Source: Candidatus Zixiibacteriota bacterium (GTDB lineage Bacteria; Zixibacteria; MSB-5A5; UBA10806; 4484-95). Taken from it: a stretch of 64,000 nt of DNA. A program made the position numbers and the translations under genes. Below the pieces are notes generated by a model, which saw only the letters and a list, made by a program, of their open reading frames with translations, had not been told where the DNA came from and did not search any database. The stretch is from positions 10,226 through 74,225 of the forward strand of contig JBBIRK010000008.1 of NCBI GenBank assembly GCA_037441845.1, in the 5' to 3' direction. Below, one piece after another: positions 18,160-27,208 of this stretch (position 1 is its first letter; every line of letters begins with the position of its first letter).

Positions 18160-19485
18160 TCACAATATCGGCAGATAATTATCTATTTCGTATTTCGTCA
18201 CCGCGATACGGTAACGGTCCCATTCGAATTTCTTGTTTTCGATCAAGGTATGGAAAATATGATCGCCGAGAACCTTATGCATCAATTCCGATTTCGCGAA
18301 TTCACGAATGGCGTTTTCGAGCGAGTTGGGCAGGGTGTCGATTCCTGCTTTTTCCCGCTCTTTTTCGTTCATTTCGAAAATGTTCTCTTCGACCGGTTCC
18401 ACCAATTTCATGTTCTTCTTTATGCCATCGAGACCGGCCGCGATCATCGCCGCAAACGCAAGATATGGGTTGCAGGCCGGGTCGGGGCTGCGCAGCTCGA
18501 CCCGAGTGGCGTTCTCGCGACCGACACGATACATCGGTATCCTGATTAGGGATGACCGGTTGCGCCTACCCCAGGAGATATATACTGGAGCCTCATATCC
18601 GGGCACAAGTCTTTTGTAGGAGTTCACCCATTGATTATTGACCAAGCACATCGCCTTGATATGCGCAAGCAAACCGGCGACATAGCTCTTGGCGATCGGC
18701 GAGAGATTATACTGGTCGTTTTTATCGAAGAAAGCGTTCTTGCCGTTTTTGAAAAGCGATTGATGTGTATGCATGCCGGAGCCGTTCTCGCCGAAAATCG
18801 GTTTGGGCATGAACGTGGCATAATAACCTTCGGCCAGAGCGATCTCCTTGACCACCAACCTGTAAATCATCGCCGAATCGGCCATTTTAAGGGCATCTTG
18901 ATACTTCAGGTCGATTTCCTGCTGCGACGGCGCCACCTCATGATGTGAGCATTCGACTTGGATCCCCATCGCCTCCAGTGCGCTGGCGGTTTTCTTGCGC
19001 ATTCGGGTGGCCGCATCCACCGTGGAATAATCGAAATATCCGCCGTCATCGATAATCAACGGCTCCTTATTATTCTTGAAATAAAAGTATTCGATCTCCG
19101 GTCCCATATAGGCGGTATAACCTTCGGCGGCCGCCTCGGCCAGAACGCGCTTGAGAGCAAAACGTGAATCCCCCACATACGGTTCGCCGTGCGGCGTGAA
19201 TATATCGCAGAATACCAACGCCACCCGTTGATTGCTTATTTCCCAAGGGATGATGGTGAACGTATCGAGATCGGGTTTGGCCTCGAGGTCCGATTCCTCT
19301 ATTCTTACGAACCCCTCGATCGAGGAACCGTCGAAACCCTGCCCGTGTTCAAGCACCTCCGCTATTTCGGATCTGGTGATGGTCATCCCCTTGAGATAGC
19401 CGAGGATGTCGGTGAACCAAAGGCGAACGTAGTTGACCTTGTGATTATCCATCAACTCGAGAACTTCTTCTTTCGTTCTGGCCAT
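18160..19485 (-). CDS. glnA: Glutamine synthetase type I
   Basis: FDGSSIEGF, ESD, GPEIEY, HHEVAPSQQE, TFMPKP, NGSGMH, NSYKRLVPGYEAP, RNRS, ELRSPD, NPYLA. Confidence 0.97.
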   Translation of the reverse strand: MARTKEEVLELMDNHKVNYVRLWFTDILGYLKGMTITRSEIAEVLEHGQGFDGSSIEGFVRIEESDLEAKPDLDTFTIIPWEISNQRVALVFCDIFTPHGEPYVGDSRFALKRVLAEAAAEGYTAYMGPEIEYFYFKNNKEPLIIDDGGYFDYSTVDAATRMRKKTASALEAMGIQVECSHHEVAPSQQEIDLKYQDALKMADSAMIYRLVVKEIALAEGYYATFMPKPIFGENGSGMHTHQSLFKNGKNAFFDKNDQYNLSPIAKSYVAGLLAHIKAMCLVNNQWVNSYKRLVPGYEAPVYISWGRRNRSSLIRIPMYRVGRENATRVELRSPDPACNPYLAFAAMIAAGLDGIKKNMKLVEPVEENIFEMNEKEREKAGIDTLPNSLENAIREFAKSELMHKVLGDHIFHTLIENKKFEWDRYRIAVTKYEIDNYLPIL

Positions 19486-19624
19486 GATTAATCCTCCATT
19501 AATGAATGCTGAATTCCGATAATAAAACCATATCGGCTGTAACGGCTTTGTCCTGACCCCTTTTTTCTTTATTCCTAATGGGCCGGGAGTCGGTGTTCAA
19601 AGCTGAACAGCCTCTTTTCCGAGC

Positions 19625-20587
19625 TCATAAAAATAGTCTATGCCAAGCTATCGTTTTTTCCAGCCCCGTCCTGAGATCCACAGCCGGCCTAAAACCGAGC
19701 AGTTTGCCCGCTTTCGATATATCCGGCGTCCGCCGGCGGACATCCTCGTAGCCCCCGCCGAAACTTTCGTAGGGAACCAAAATCGGCGCCGACTTGGAAC
19801 CTGTCAGTTCGATTATCAAATCGGCCAATGCGGCTATTTCTATTTCCTCGACGGAACCGATATTGATAATCTGTCCGACCGCCGAATCATGCTCCATCGC
19901 CAGCCTTATACCGGCGATCGTATCGCTTATGTAGCAAAAACTCCTCGTTTGTTTTCCGTCGCCATGAATCGTCAACGGTTCATTACGCAACGCCTGCTCT
20001 ATAAAAACAGCTTGAGGCCCGCCCCACCAAGAGCGATGGTTATTGGGCCCGTAACTTCCAAAAAAACGCAGAACCACAACAGGGAGTTCCCGTTCCTTGT
20101 AATACGCCAGGCACAAGTGTTCGTCGAATATCTTGGAGGCGGCGTATGCCCAACGCCTGATCGATGACGGCCCAATCGTCAGGTCATCCAGCTCGGTGAA
20201 CGGCGGGCACGGGTTTTTGCCGTAAACATCGGACGTGGACGCCACGATGGTCTTTATTGCGTGGCGGGCGGCACATTCGAGCACGATGCGGGTCCCTTCG
20301 TTATTGACGTTCAGCGTCCTCAAAACATCGCCATATCGGGGGATCTTGAACGCCGCCAGATGGACAATGATATCAACTTTGTCGCAGAGCCCTTCAAGCA
20401 CGCCCGGGCTGCGAATATCCGAATGGACGAATCGGAAATTTCTTTGGCTGGGCAAATCGCCCAGGTTTTCCAACAGCCCATGCGACAAGTCATCGATGAC
20501 GGTCACTTGCCAGCCGTCTCTGACCAGTGCCGCGGCAAGGTTTGAACCGATAAAGCCGGCCCCGCCGGTGATAATCGCTGCAGGCAT
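19625..20587 (-). CDS. NAD-dependent nucleotide-sugar epimerase/dehydratase (extended SDR)
   Basis: TGGAGFIGS, HLAA, STSDVYG, YAASK (YxxxK), GDGKQTRSF. Confidence 0.92.
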   Translation of the reverse strand: MPAAIITGGAGFIGSNLAAALVRDGWQVTVIDDLSHGLLENLGDLPSQRNFRFVHSDIRSPGVLEGLCDKVDIIVHLAAFKIPRYGDVLRTLNVNNEGTRIVLECAARHAIKTIVASTSDVYGKNPCPPFTELDDLTIGPSSIRRWAYAASKIFDEHLCLAYYKERELPVVVLRFFGSYGPNNHRSWWGGPQAVFIEQALRNEPLTIHGDGKQTRSFCYISDTIAGIRLAMEHDSAVGQIINIGSVEEIEIAALADLIIELTGSKSAPILVPYESFGGGYEDVRRRTPDISKAGKLLGFRPAVDLRTGLEKTIAWHRLFL

Positions 20588-21748
20588 TTAGCTGTTGAAT
20601 TTCCTGGTTCGCACTTTGCGGGTCGCTTGTTCTTCTCGGGGAAGCCATTTGGCGATCACGTCAACTATTCTTTGCGCCGCAAAGCCATCCCAGTATTTGG
20701 GCACGCCGCCGGTCTTGTATTTGTTCGCCAGAATCAGCTCGGCGGTGGCGGTTATCTTTTCGGCGAAAGGACCCACGATCGTGTTCGTGCCCTCGGTCAC
20801 GGTCGCGGTCCATTCGGTATTCGTGCGCAAAGTCAAGCAGGGGATCCCGAATACGCTCGATTCGACCTGCATCGTCCCGGAATCGGTCATCGAAAACAGG
20901 GCTTCTTTCTCTATAGCCAGAAAATCGGGATAACGCGAAAGTTCCGCGACGATCAGTCTTTTATCCCGAAGATATCCCGACAGACCGAATTTGTCGATTT
21001 CCTCACGGACCCGGCGGTGGCAGACGAATACCACCGGTATTTTTTCCGATATCCTGTGGGCCGCCGAAATTATCCCCTTGTAATTATCGTAGCTGGTCGT
21101 ATTCGCTCGGCGATGAATGCTCAGAATAGCATACCCTTTGGGGATCAAGCCGAGTTTGTCGGCCAACGTCGATTTGGCGGCAAACGGCAAAAATTTTTTC
21201 AGTGAATCGACCATGATGTTGCCGACGAAGAAAGTCGATTTCTCGTCTTTTCCCTCGGCCAATGTATTGCTGTGGGCGCCGCAATCGGTGACGAAAAAAA
21301 GGCTGCTGATTCCGTCGATAAGCTTGCGATTTATGTCGGTGTTGGAGGCGCAACCTGGACAGCGGAGGCCGGCTTCAATATGAGCCACCGGAATTCCTTT
21401 CCTGGCCGCCGATATCGCCGTTCCCAGCGCCGCATCGGAGCCTCCGATGACGATCACCAAATCCGGCGAAATTTCGTCGAAATAGCGGCTCGATTCGAGC
21501 ATCACCGATCCGGTCGTTTCCGCCGGCGCACCGTTTTTAACGTTCAAAAACTGATGAGGTTTCGGCAGATTCAATTCTTCGTGTAAATAATACGTCTCGC
21601 TTTTGCCGAAAGGTTTTCCGGTGTAGAGCAGGATAGGCTCGAAAAAGTCGTAGTATCTGGAAAACTGATCGAACAGCGGCGACAACTTGATCATGTTTTT
21701 CGCCGAATTCGCCACGATTACGATTTTATTCAATCTGCCTTGATACAA
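20588..21748 (-). CDS. UDP-GlcNAc 2-epimerase (WecB)-like protein with degenerate active-site motifs
   Basis: HIEAGLR, INR, VGNIMVD, TDSG, PCLTLR..TE, YWDG.AA.RI retained; GARPN, HTGQH, GD and PEE motifs replaced. Confidence 0.8.
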   Translation of the reverse strand: MYQGRLNKIVIVANSAKNMIKLSPLFDQFSRYYDFFEPILLYTGKPFGKSETYYLHEELNLPKPHQFLNVKNGAPAETTGSVMLESSRYFDEISPDLVIVIGGSDAALGTAISAARKGIPVAHIEAGLRCPGCASNTDINRKLIDGISSLFFVTDCGAHSNTLAEGKDEKSTFFVGNIMVDSLKKFLPFAAKSTLADKLGLIPKGYAILSIHRRANTTSYDNYKGIISAAHRISEKIPVVFVCHRRVREEIDKFGLSGYLRDKRLIVAELSRYPDFLAIEKEALFSMTDSGTMQVESSVFGIPCLTLRTNTEWTATVTEGTNTIVGPFAEKITATAELILANKYKTGGVPKYWDGFAAQRIVDVIAKWLPREEQATRKVRTRKFNS

Positions 21749-21865
21749 TATCCTATCCCTCTAATGTTATGTCGGCTTAATAGCGCGATATTATAATATT
21801 CCATCGACCCCGCGCAAGTTCAATTATAGGCCGTTTTATGCGCAAGAAAATGTTTTTCCGGATAG

Positions 21866-22720
21866 TCAATCGGCGGTCTTGGCCTGAGACAACAGCTTGG
21901 GGATTGTCGCAAAGTCGAATTCGGCAAGCAGTCGTTTCAACTTGAACTCGGCCACGGTCAGATTACCGTAATGCTTGACCGCCCGTATCGGGTCAATCAG
22001 CCTTCGCGGCAGATGCGGATCGAATTCCCAAAGCGGAAAACTCATTACCGCCGGGTCGCCCGGTCGCCCGGTCCGGCGAATACATCTTCGCAAATACCAG
22101 AGCGGGAAAAGCCTGATTCTGCCCTCGCTGCCGAATATCACGGGAACTCCGGCGAAGCGGCTTTGTGACGGCGGCAGGACCGCGATCGAACGGCCGCTTT
22201 CGAAAGTACATAACGTGATGCCGCTCGGAAAAGGGGCGGCCGGAACGAAATCGATCAGGCAATACTGAAACTCGGCATCGGCAAGTTTCCTCAGTATATT
22301 TCGCCAGGCGCGATTTCTACCCTTGATCAGTATGCCTTCTACCTTGCGTCCGATAGCCGTCTCGAGCTCGTATTTCAATTCATCGATTTCCGCCGAACAG
22401 GAAAGAGCGCTCAGGTCATGGCAAAGTCCGATTTCATGCCCACGGGAATTCACCAGAGTCGCGACCTCAGGGAAAATTTTCAGCTGTCCCGAAGTAATGT
22501 AAAAATTGGCTTCGGCGCGGTATTCGTCAAGATGGTCGAGCAAATGAAGTATATTCGGGATAACTCGGGAACGCTGTCCCCCGCCTTCGATCGCCAGGCG
22601 ATGGTCGTTTATTTCCACCGCAAGCACGTGCGCCGGCGATCTCAGTTCGAATTTGAGCGATTTCGCCTCTAAAATGAGCGAATCCAAATCCAGTCCGGTC
22701 ATCATTTCTTTTATCGCCAA
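21866..22720 (-). CDS. Degenerate DUF3473-type polysaccharide deacetylase paralog
   Basis: ANFY, GHEIGLCH, IRLFPLWY, LWEFDPHLPR, KHYGNL align with 14508..15329; catalytic SFD and RAP motifs absent. Confidence 0.7.
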   Translation of the reverse strand: MAIKEMMTGLDLDSLILEAKSLKFELRSPAHVLAVEINDHRLAIEGGGQRSRVIPNILHLLDHLDEYRAEANFYITSGQLKIFPEVATLVNSRGHEIGLCHDLSALSCSAEIDELKYELETAIGRKVEGILIKGRNRAWRNILRKLADAEFQYCLIDFVPAAPFPSGITLCTFESGRSIAVLPPSQSRFAGVPVIFGSEGRIRLFPLWYLRRCIRRTGRPGDPAVMSFPLWEFDPHLPRRLIDPIRAVKHYGNLTVAEFKLKRLLAEFDFATIPKLLSQAKTAD

Positions 22721-22887
22721 ATCATTCGATAGAGTGAACGCTTCAAACGCCGATCGGGTTGCAATCTGCGTTTCCGCTTCAAGCGGATTTTTTCGTCATG
22801 TTTCCCAAACGCCCGCGATAATTTCGGTTCATCAATATATATAATTAATGATTTACAAAGTATCCAGCAGCCGTTATTTTCATCGCC

Positions 22888-23784
22888 ATGGGCGCCGAAA
22901 GAATATTGCTGATAGCGAACCCCAGAAGCGGGGGAGGGCGGTCGGTCGAGCTGTTGCCGCAAATAGAAACCATCATCAGGGAACTCGGTTTGGACCCTGA
23001 GATTCGCATAACCGCCGGCCCCGGCGAGGCGACCACCATGGCTCGCTTAGCCGCTGCCGCCGCCTATCGGAAGATAGTGGCGGTGGGTGGCGACGGCACG
23101 GTCAACGAGGTGGCTTCCGGAATAATCGGCAGCGATTCGATCTTGGGGGTGATTCCGGCCGGCGTTGGAAACGGATTCCACCGTTCTTTGGGGGCGTCGG
23201 AAAACTTGGAAGAACAATGTCGAGTTTTGGCCGGCAATCGGGTGCGCAGACTGGATGCCGGCGCGCTGAACGGCAAAATGTTTTTCAACGGCCTGGGTCT
23301 GGGGTTCGATGCCTTGATCGCCCGACACAATGGTTCCCTGTCAGCCAAAAAGAGACGATCGAGCAAGGCACTGCTCTCCGCCATGAAAAACCTTAGGCCG
23401 TTTCAAGTCGATATCCGTTTCGATAACTATCGACAAAGCGGGTCATTTTCGTCGTTGACCGTGAATATCGGGCATATCTCCGGCAACGGAATGTCGCTTG
23501 CGCCCTCGGCCAAACCCGACGACGGGAAGTTCGATATATGTGCGATCTCGAATGCCGGCTACTTCCATTTTTTGCGCTTGTTCTGGCATGCCAGGAGAAA
23601 AAGCAATGGCTTATTCAGGATGATCAAGCTGTTTCGCTGCCGAAAAATCGAAATCACCAGCGACCAGCCCTTGCCGATTCATATCGATGGGGAGCCGTTT
23701 GAAGACCGCAAGAATTTATCAATCACCATTATCCCCGCAGCCTTGCCGGTGGCCGTGGACAAAGATGACAAGCACAACGGTTAA
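22888..23784 (+). CDS. Diacylglycerol/lipid kinase family protein (YegS/BmrU-like)
   Basis: NPRSGGG, GGDGTVNEV, IPAGVGN, GLGFDA, DDGKFD, HIDGE. Confidence 0.92.
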   Translation: MGAERILLIANPRSGGGRSVELLPQIETIIRELGLDPEIRITAGPGEATTMARLAAAAAYRKIVAVGGDGTVNEVASGIIGSDSILGVIPAGVGNGFHRSLGASENLEEQCRVLAGNRVRRLDAGALNGKMFFNGLGLGFDALIARHNGSLSAKKRRSSKALLSAMKNLRPFQVDIRFDNYRQSGSFSSLTVNIGHISGNGMSLAPSAKPDDGKFDICAISNAGYFHFLRLFWHARRKSNGLFRMIKLFRCRKIEITSDQPLPIHIDGEPFEDRKNLSITIIPAALPVAVDKDDKHNG

Positions 23785-24406
23785 ATCGATTTTGATTGTT
23801 TTCATCTTATTGCCGGCGGCGATCCCCTGTTTTTCCGCTCAGCGCCGGCCGATTCCGGACGCCGATCGGGTCGATTCGATATATTCCCTTTATGCCGAAA
23901 TGGATCAAGCCGCAACCGGCGACACCGCGAGCAACGACAGTCGGTCGGCGCCGATTCCACGGCAAAACAAAAGGCCTGCCGAATCTTCACCCGCGACCAC
24001 CAAAAAGCCCTGGCCGACCGGAGCCCTCATTCGATCGACGTTGCTCCCGGGTTGGGGTCAGCTATACAATCGTAAATACATAAAGGCGGCTTTCTATGGC
24101 GGACTGGAAATATATCTTTTGGTCGGCGTCAGAGAAAACTGGAAAAAGATGAACCGTCACCAAGAAAATTTCCTCAATACGGTCGATCCGACATATAAGA
24201 GTTCCGAATTCAATTTATATCAGGAAAGCCGCGACAAACGAAACGTATTTCTCTGGCTGGGGGCTCTGACCGTATTCGTATCGATGTTCGATGCCTATGT
24301 GGATGCCCATTTCGCCGATTTCGACAAGACCGACAAGGCGTTCGAGGTTCAGATTTTTCCCCGTGACGACTTGACCGTTTTCGCCCTGGCCTGCAAATTC
24401 AGATGA
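23765..24406 (+). CDS. DUF5683-like membrane protein
   Basis: Signal peptide from ATG 23765; RSTLLPGWGQLYNRKYIK and DAYVDAH motifs. Confidence 0.75.
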   Translation: MTSTTVKSILIVFILLPAAIPCFSAQRRPIPDADRVDSIYSLYAEMDQAATGDTASNDSRSAPIPRQNKRPAESSPATTKKPWPTGALIRSTLLPGWGQLYNRKYIKAAFYGGLEIYLLVGVRENWKKMNRHQENFLNTVDPTYKSSEFNLYQESRDKRNVFLWLGALTVFVSMFDAYVDAHFADFDKTDKAFEVQIFPRDDLTVFALACKFR

Positions 24407-24975
24407 TTCTCGGGATTTCAGGATCGGCGACTCCGGGCGGCTCGACCGATATCCTCGCCCGGGAAGTGATGCGAGGGTGTCGAGAAAAAGGGCGGAGGAC
24501 TCGACTGGTCAGGCTGAATGAGCTCAAGATGATCCCCTGCCAGGCCTGCGGCAAATCGCCCGAACCGGAGCCGTGTTTTTTCCACGACGATGCGTTCGAT
24601 TTGCTCCAGACCGTAATTAAGGCGGACGCCGTGGTTCTGGCCTCTCCTGTATATTTCGATTCGGTCTCGGCGCAGATGAAAATTTTTATTGATCGCAGCA
24701 ACTGCCTTAGGCCGGCCGATTTCTCGAAACCCGATTCCCAAGAATTCCTTGAGCCGATTACCCGCGGCAAGCCGGGAGGGATCATACTCGTCGCCGGCGC
24801 CCACGGACATTTCGAATCGTCGCTTAAAGTGATGCGGGCTTTCTTTATTTGGGCCGGAATGGAGATCAAATTCGAATTGAAATTCAGAACCAAATCTTTA
24901 CGGCGAGGCGAAGCGGCTGCGGACATGGGAATTCTTGCCGAGGCCTATAAATGCGGATTGCTGTTAGGAGAGTAG
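24403..24975 (+). CDS. Flavodoxin-fold iron-sulfur flavoprotein / NADPH-dependent FMN reductase family
   Basis: GISGS, PCQACG...C..HDD, ASPVYF, SAQMKIFIDR. ATGA overlap with the upstream gene. Confidence 0.88.
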   Translation: MILGISGSATPGGSTDILAREVMRGCREKGRRTRLVRLNELKMIPCQACGKSPEPEPCFFHDDAFDLLQTVIKADAVVLASPVYFDSVSAQMKIFIDRSNCLRPADFSKPDSQEFLEPITRGKPGGIILVAGAHGHFESSLKVMRAFFIWAGMEIKFELKFRTKSLRRGEAAADMGILAEAYKCGLLLGE

Positions 24976-25001
24976 GTCGATGGCGAACAGCAAGAAGCAT
25001 T

Positions 25002-26042
25002 TCAGCGATCGTTGACGCCGGCCCCCGTTATTTTCTTGATATGTTCCATTGCGGAGTCGAATTTCTTTGACAGTCGATCGGCGACCGCTTGGGAAACTTC
25101 ATAGTCGAAAATCCGCCTGAAATACACCAGCGCGCTATTGTTATCCTGCAATCGATAGTAAGCCATGCCGATATAGTAATCGCAGGTTATAAGGTTATAA
25201 TTGTTTTGATTCCCTCGGCGCAACAACCCTTCTCGGATAGCCGTGAAATCAACTATGGCCCGACGATAATCGCCCGCCCGGAATTCGGCGAACGCTTTCA
25301 ACCAGAGATGCTGTCTGCCGGTGGCTCCATTTTCTTTCGCCTCCTCGGCCATTTTCAGGGCCGATCCGTAATCTTTTTTATGGAAATAAATCCACCCCAA
25401 AGCCAAGGCGGCGGTTGCCCGCCCATAACGGGACCGGTGGGCCGCTTGATGCAATTCTTCTATCCCTTGTTTTCTTTGATCCGGTATAAGGGGCAGACTG
25501 CGAAGGAAACCGATTTTCGCCGAGCGCCAGTAATGCAGATTTCCCAGCCCGATTAAAGGATCGAAAAACAGCGAGTCGAGTTTGCGAGCGGCGGCCAAAT
25601 ACTTGCCCGCCCTCAGCCCTTTACTGATCGATTTCAACCAGCCGCCGTGTTGTGCCTCCCAGATCGCATAATACCCGAGTGCAGTCCCCTTGAAAAAATT
25701 GGCATAGGCGTCGTTCGGCTCCCTTTCGAGGAAAGCATCCAGCCCGGCAAGCGAAGAGTCACTAAGTTGACGGAATAAATGTCGCGAATCGGTTTTTTCA
25801 TCATCGGCCATCTCCATATATACGACTCCAGCTTTCAACACCAGCGCCGGCCAGTAATCGGGCTGCATCATCAGCATTGTATCGAGAATCCGGATCGAGG
25901 CGGCGAAACTATCCTGATATAGGTAATTCAACGATTCCCGAATCAGGCTATCCTGTTTATAAGTCGGCTCGAGACTTAAGGGATCGGCGAAAACGAAGGA
26001 TGACAGCGACAGCAAGAAAACAAGAACGGCTTTATTTCTTAT
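25002..26042 (-). CDS. Exported TPR protein (paralog 2)
   Basis: TPR-like helical repeats; GLGNLHYWRS motif shared with its neighbour. ORF track start is 26015; ATA at 26042 proposed (see findings). Confidence 0.75.
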   Translation of the reverse strand: MRNKAVLVFLLSLSSFVFADPLSLEPTYKQDSLIRESLNYLYQDSFAASIRILDTMLMMQPDYWPALVLKAGVVYMEMADDEKTDSRHLFRQLSDSSLAGLDAFLEREPNDAYANFFKGTALGYYAIWEAQHGGWLKSISKGLRAGKYLAAARKLDSLFFDPLIGLGNLHYWRSAKIGFLRSLPLIPDQRKQGIEELHQAAHRSRYGRATAALALGWIYFHKKDYGSALKMAEEAKENGATGRQHLWLKAFAEFRAGDYRRAIVDFTAIREGLLRRGNQNNYNLITCDYYIGMAYYRLQDNNSALVYFRRIFDYEVSQAVADRLSKKFDSAMEHIKKITGAGVNDR

Positions 26043-27090
26043 GCGATGCCTCCAGGGCCTTTTTATAATATTCGCGCGAATTCTTGACCGCCTCCTCGAC
26101 GTCCTTCCTATCTTTCAACTTCACAGCCAACTCATCTGCTTCTTTCAAATAGGCCAAAGCTTCTTCATATCGACCCCACCGGTAATAAAAGACACCGATA
26201 TTATAATAGACATCAAGTTTTCCGGCTTCATCGTAGTAGGGCGATTTTTCATATACCTCGAGAATCTTCTCGAATGATTCTACGGCTTCGGGAAAGCTGT
26301 CGAGGTTGGCCTGCGCCCGACCCACGTAGTAGAGCGCGAAAGGATCGTCGGGATTTATAACTTTCAGGTAATTATGCCATAAATACATGATATTCTTATA
26401 GTCCCTCTCGTTATCGTAAACCCTCAACAACGCATACTTGGCCTCGTTTTTGACGAATTTCCCTTTCTCGATCGCTAAGAAGACTTTTTCTATACCAGAT
26501 CGCCTCTTATCGGGGAAAAAGGGGAGCCAAGACAGAATGTTCGTCTTGACCGATCGCCAGTAGTCGTACATGCCAAGACCGTAGTAGATATCAAAATTGG
26601 TGGAATCCATTTTAAGAGCCCGACTCAACACACCTCGTCCTTTCAAACCGTCCTTGAATGCGCCGACCCAATCGCCGTAATATGATTTGTAAATTCCTCG
26701 GAAACCGAGCGAACCGCCGTAAAAAAACAGATCCTCGGCCGTGGCTTTGCCGCTTTTATCGAGCTTTTCTCCGATTTCGACTGCTCGATTTATGAAGGTT
26801 TCGAATCGATCGGTGTAATTCAGATTTCGGTAGTCGCCCGCCAGATTCGAGTAGACGCCTGCTTTGAAAAAATAGCCGACCGGTTTTTCCGGATCGAGGG
26901 CGATCACCGAATCGAAAAGCACCAAGGCTTCTTCGAACTTTTCTTTATGAACCAGGCTGATTCCTTTCAGCAATATCGAATCATTGACCGAAGGGGATGC
27001 GGGGGCGGCCGAAAGCAGAGTGGCGATAAACGCAAGAAGCATGCCATAATTACGTATCATAAAATCAGCTATATTTAGACGCCGTTTCAC
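26032..27090 (-). CDS. Exported TPR protein (paralog 1)
   Basis: Hydrophobic N-terminus, TPR repeats (ALYYVGRA, VYYNIGVFYYRWGRYEEA), GLGMYDYWRS motif. Exact start uncertain. Confidence 0.8.
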   Translation of the reverse strand: MKRRLNIADFMIRNYGMLLAFIATLLSAAPASPSVNDSILLKGISLVHKEKFEEALVLFDSVIALDPEKPVGYFFKAGVYSNLAGDYRNLNYTDRFETFINRAVEIGEKLDKSGKATAEDLFFYGGSLGFRGIYKSYYGDWVGAFKDGLKGRGVLSRALKMDSTNFDIYYGLGMYDYWRSVKTNILSWLPFFPDKRRSGIEKVFLAIEKGKFVKNEAKYALLRVYDNERDYKNIMYLWHNYLKVINPDDPFALYYVGRAQANLDSFPEAVESFEKILEVYEKSPYYDEAGKLDVYYNIGVFYYRWGRYEEALAYLKEADELAVKLKDRKDVEEAVKNSREYYKKALEASHKK

Positions 27091-27208
27091 CGAAAATCAA
27101 GAATTTTCAGACCAACAAATCAAAATTAAATATCCGCCGACATTTGACGAAATAAATTTTAGGTATTCGACGCGGACTTCTTAGCGGACTATTGAGCGCG
27201 GAGGAGAT

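Noticed and set aside
19486..19624. glnA (glutamine) riboswitch upstream of glnA
   Set aside because: Only short, weak hairpins; no resemblance to the motif that I could support.
14508..22720. Complete PEP-CTERM/exosortase system
   Set aside because: No exosortase gene or PEP-CTERM tail was seen in the window; only the associated enzyme families are present.
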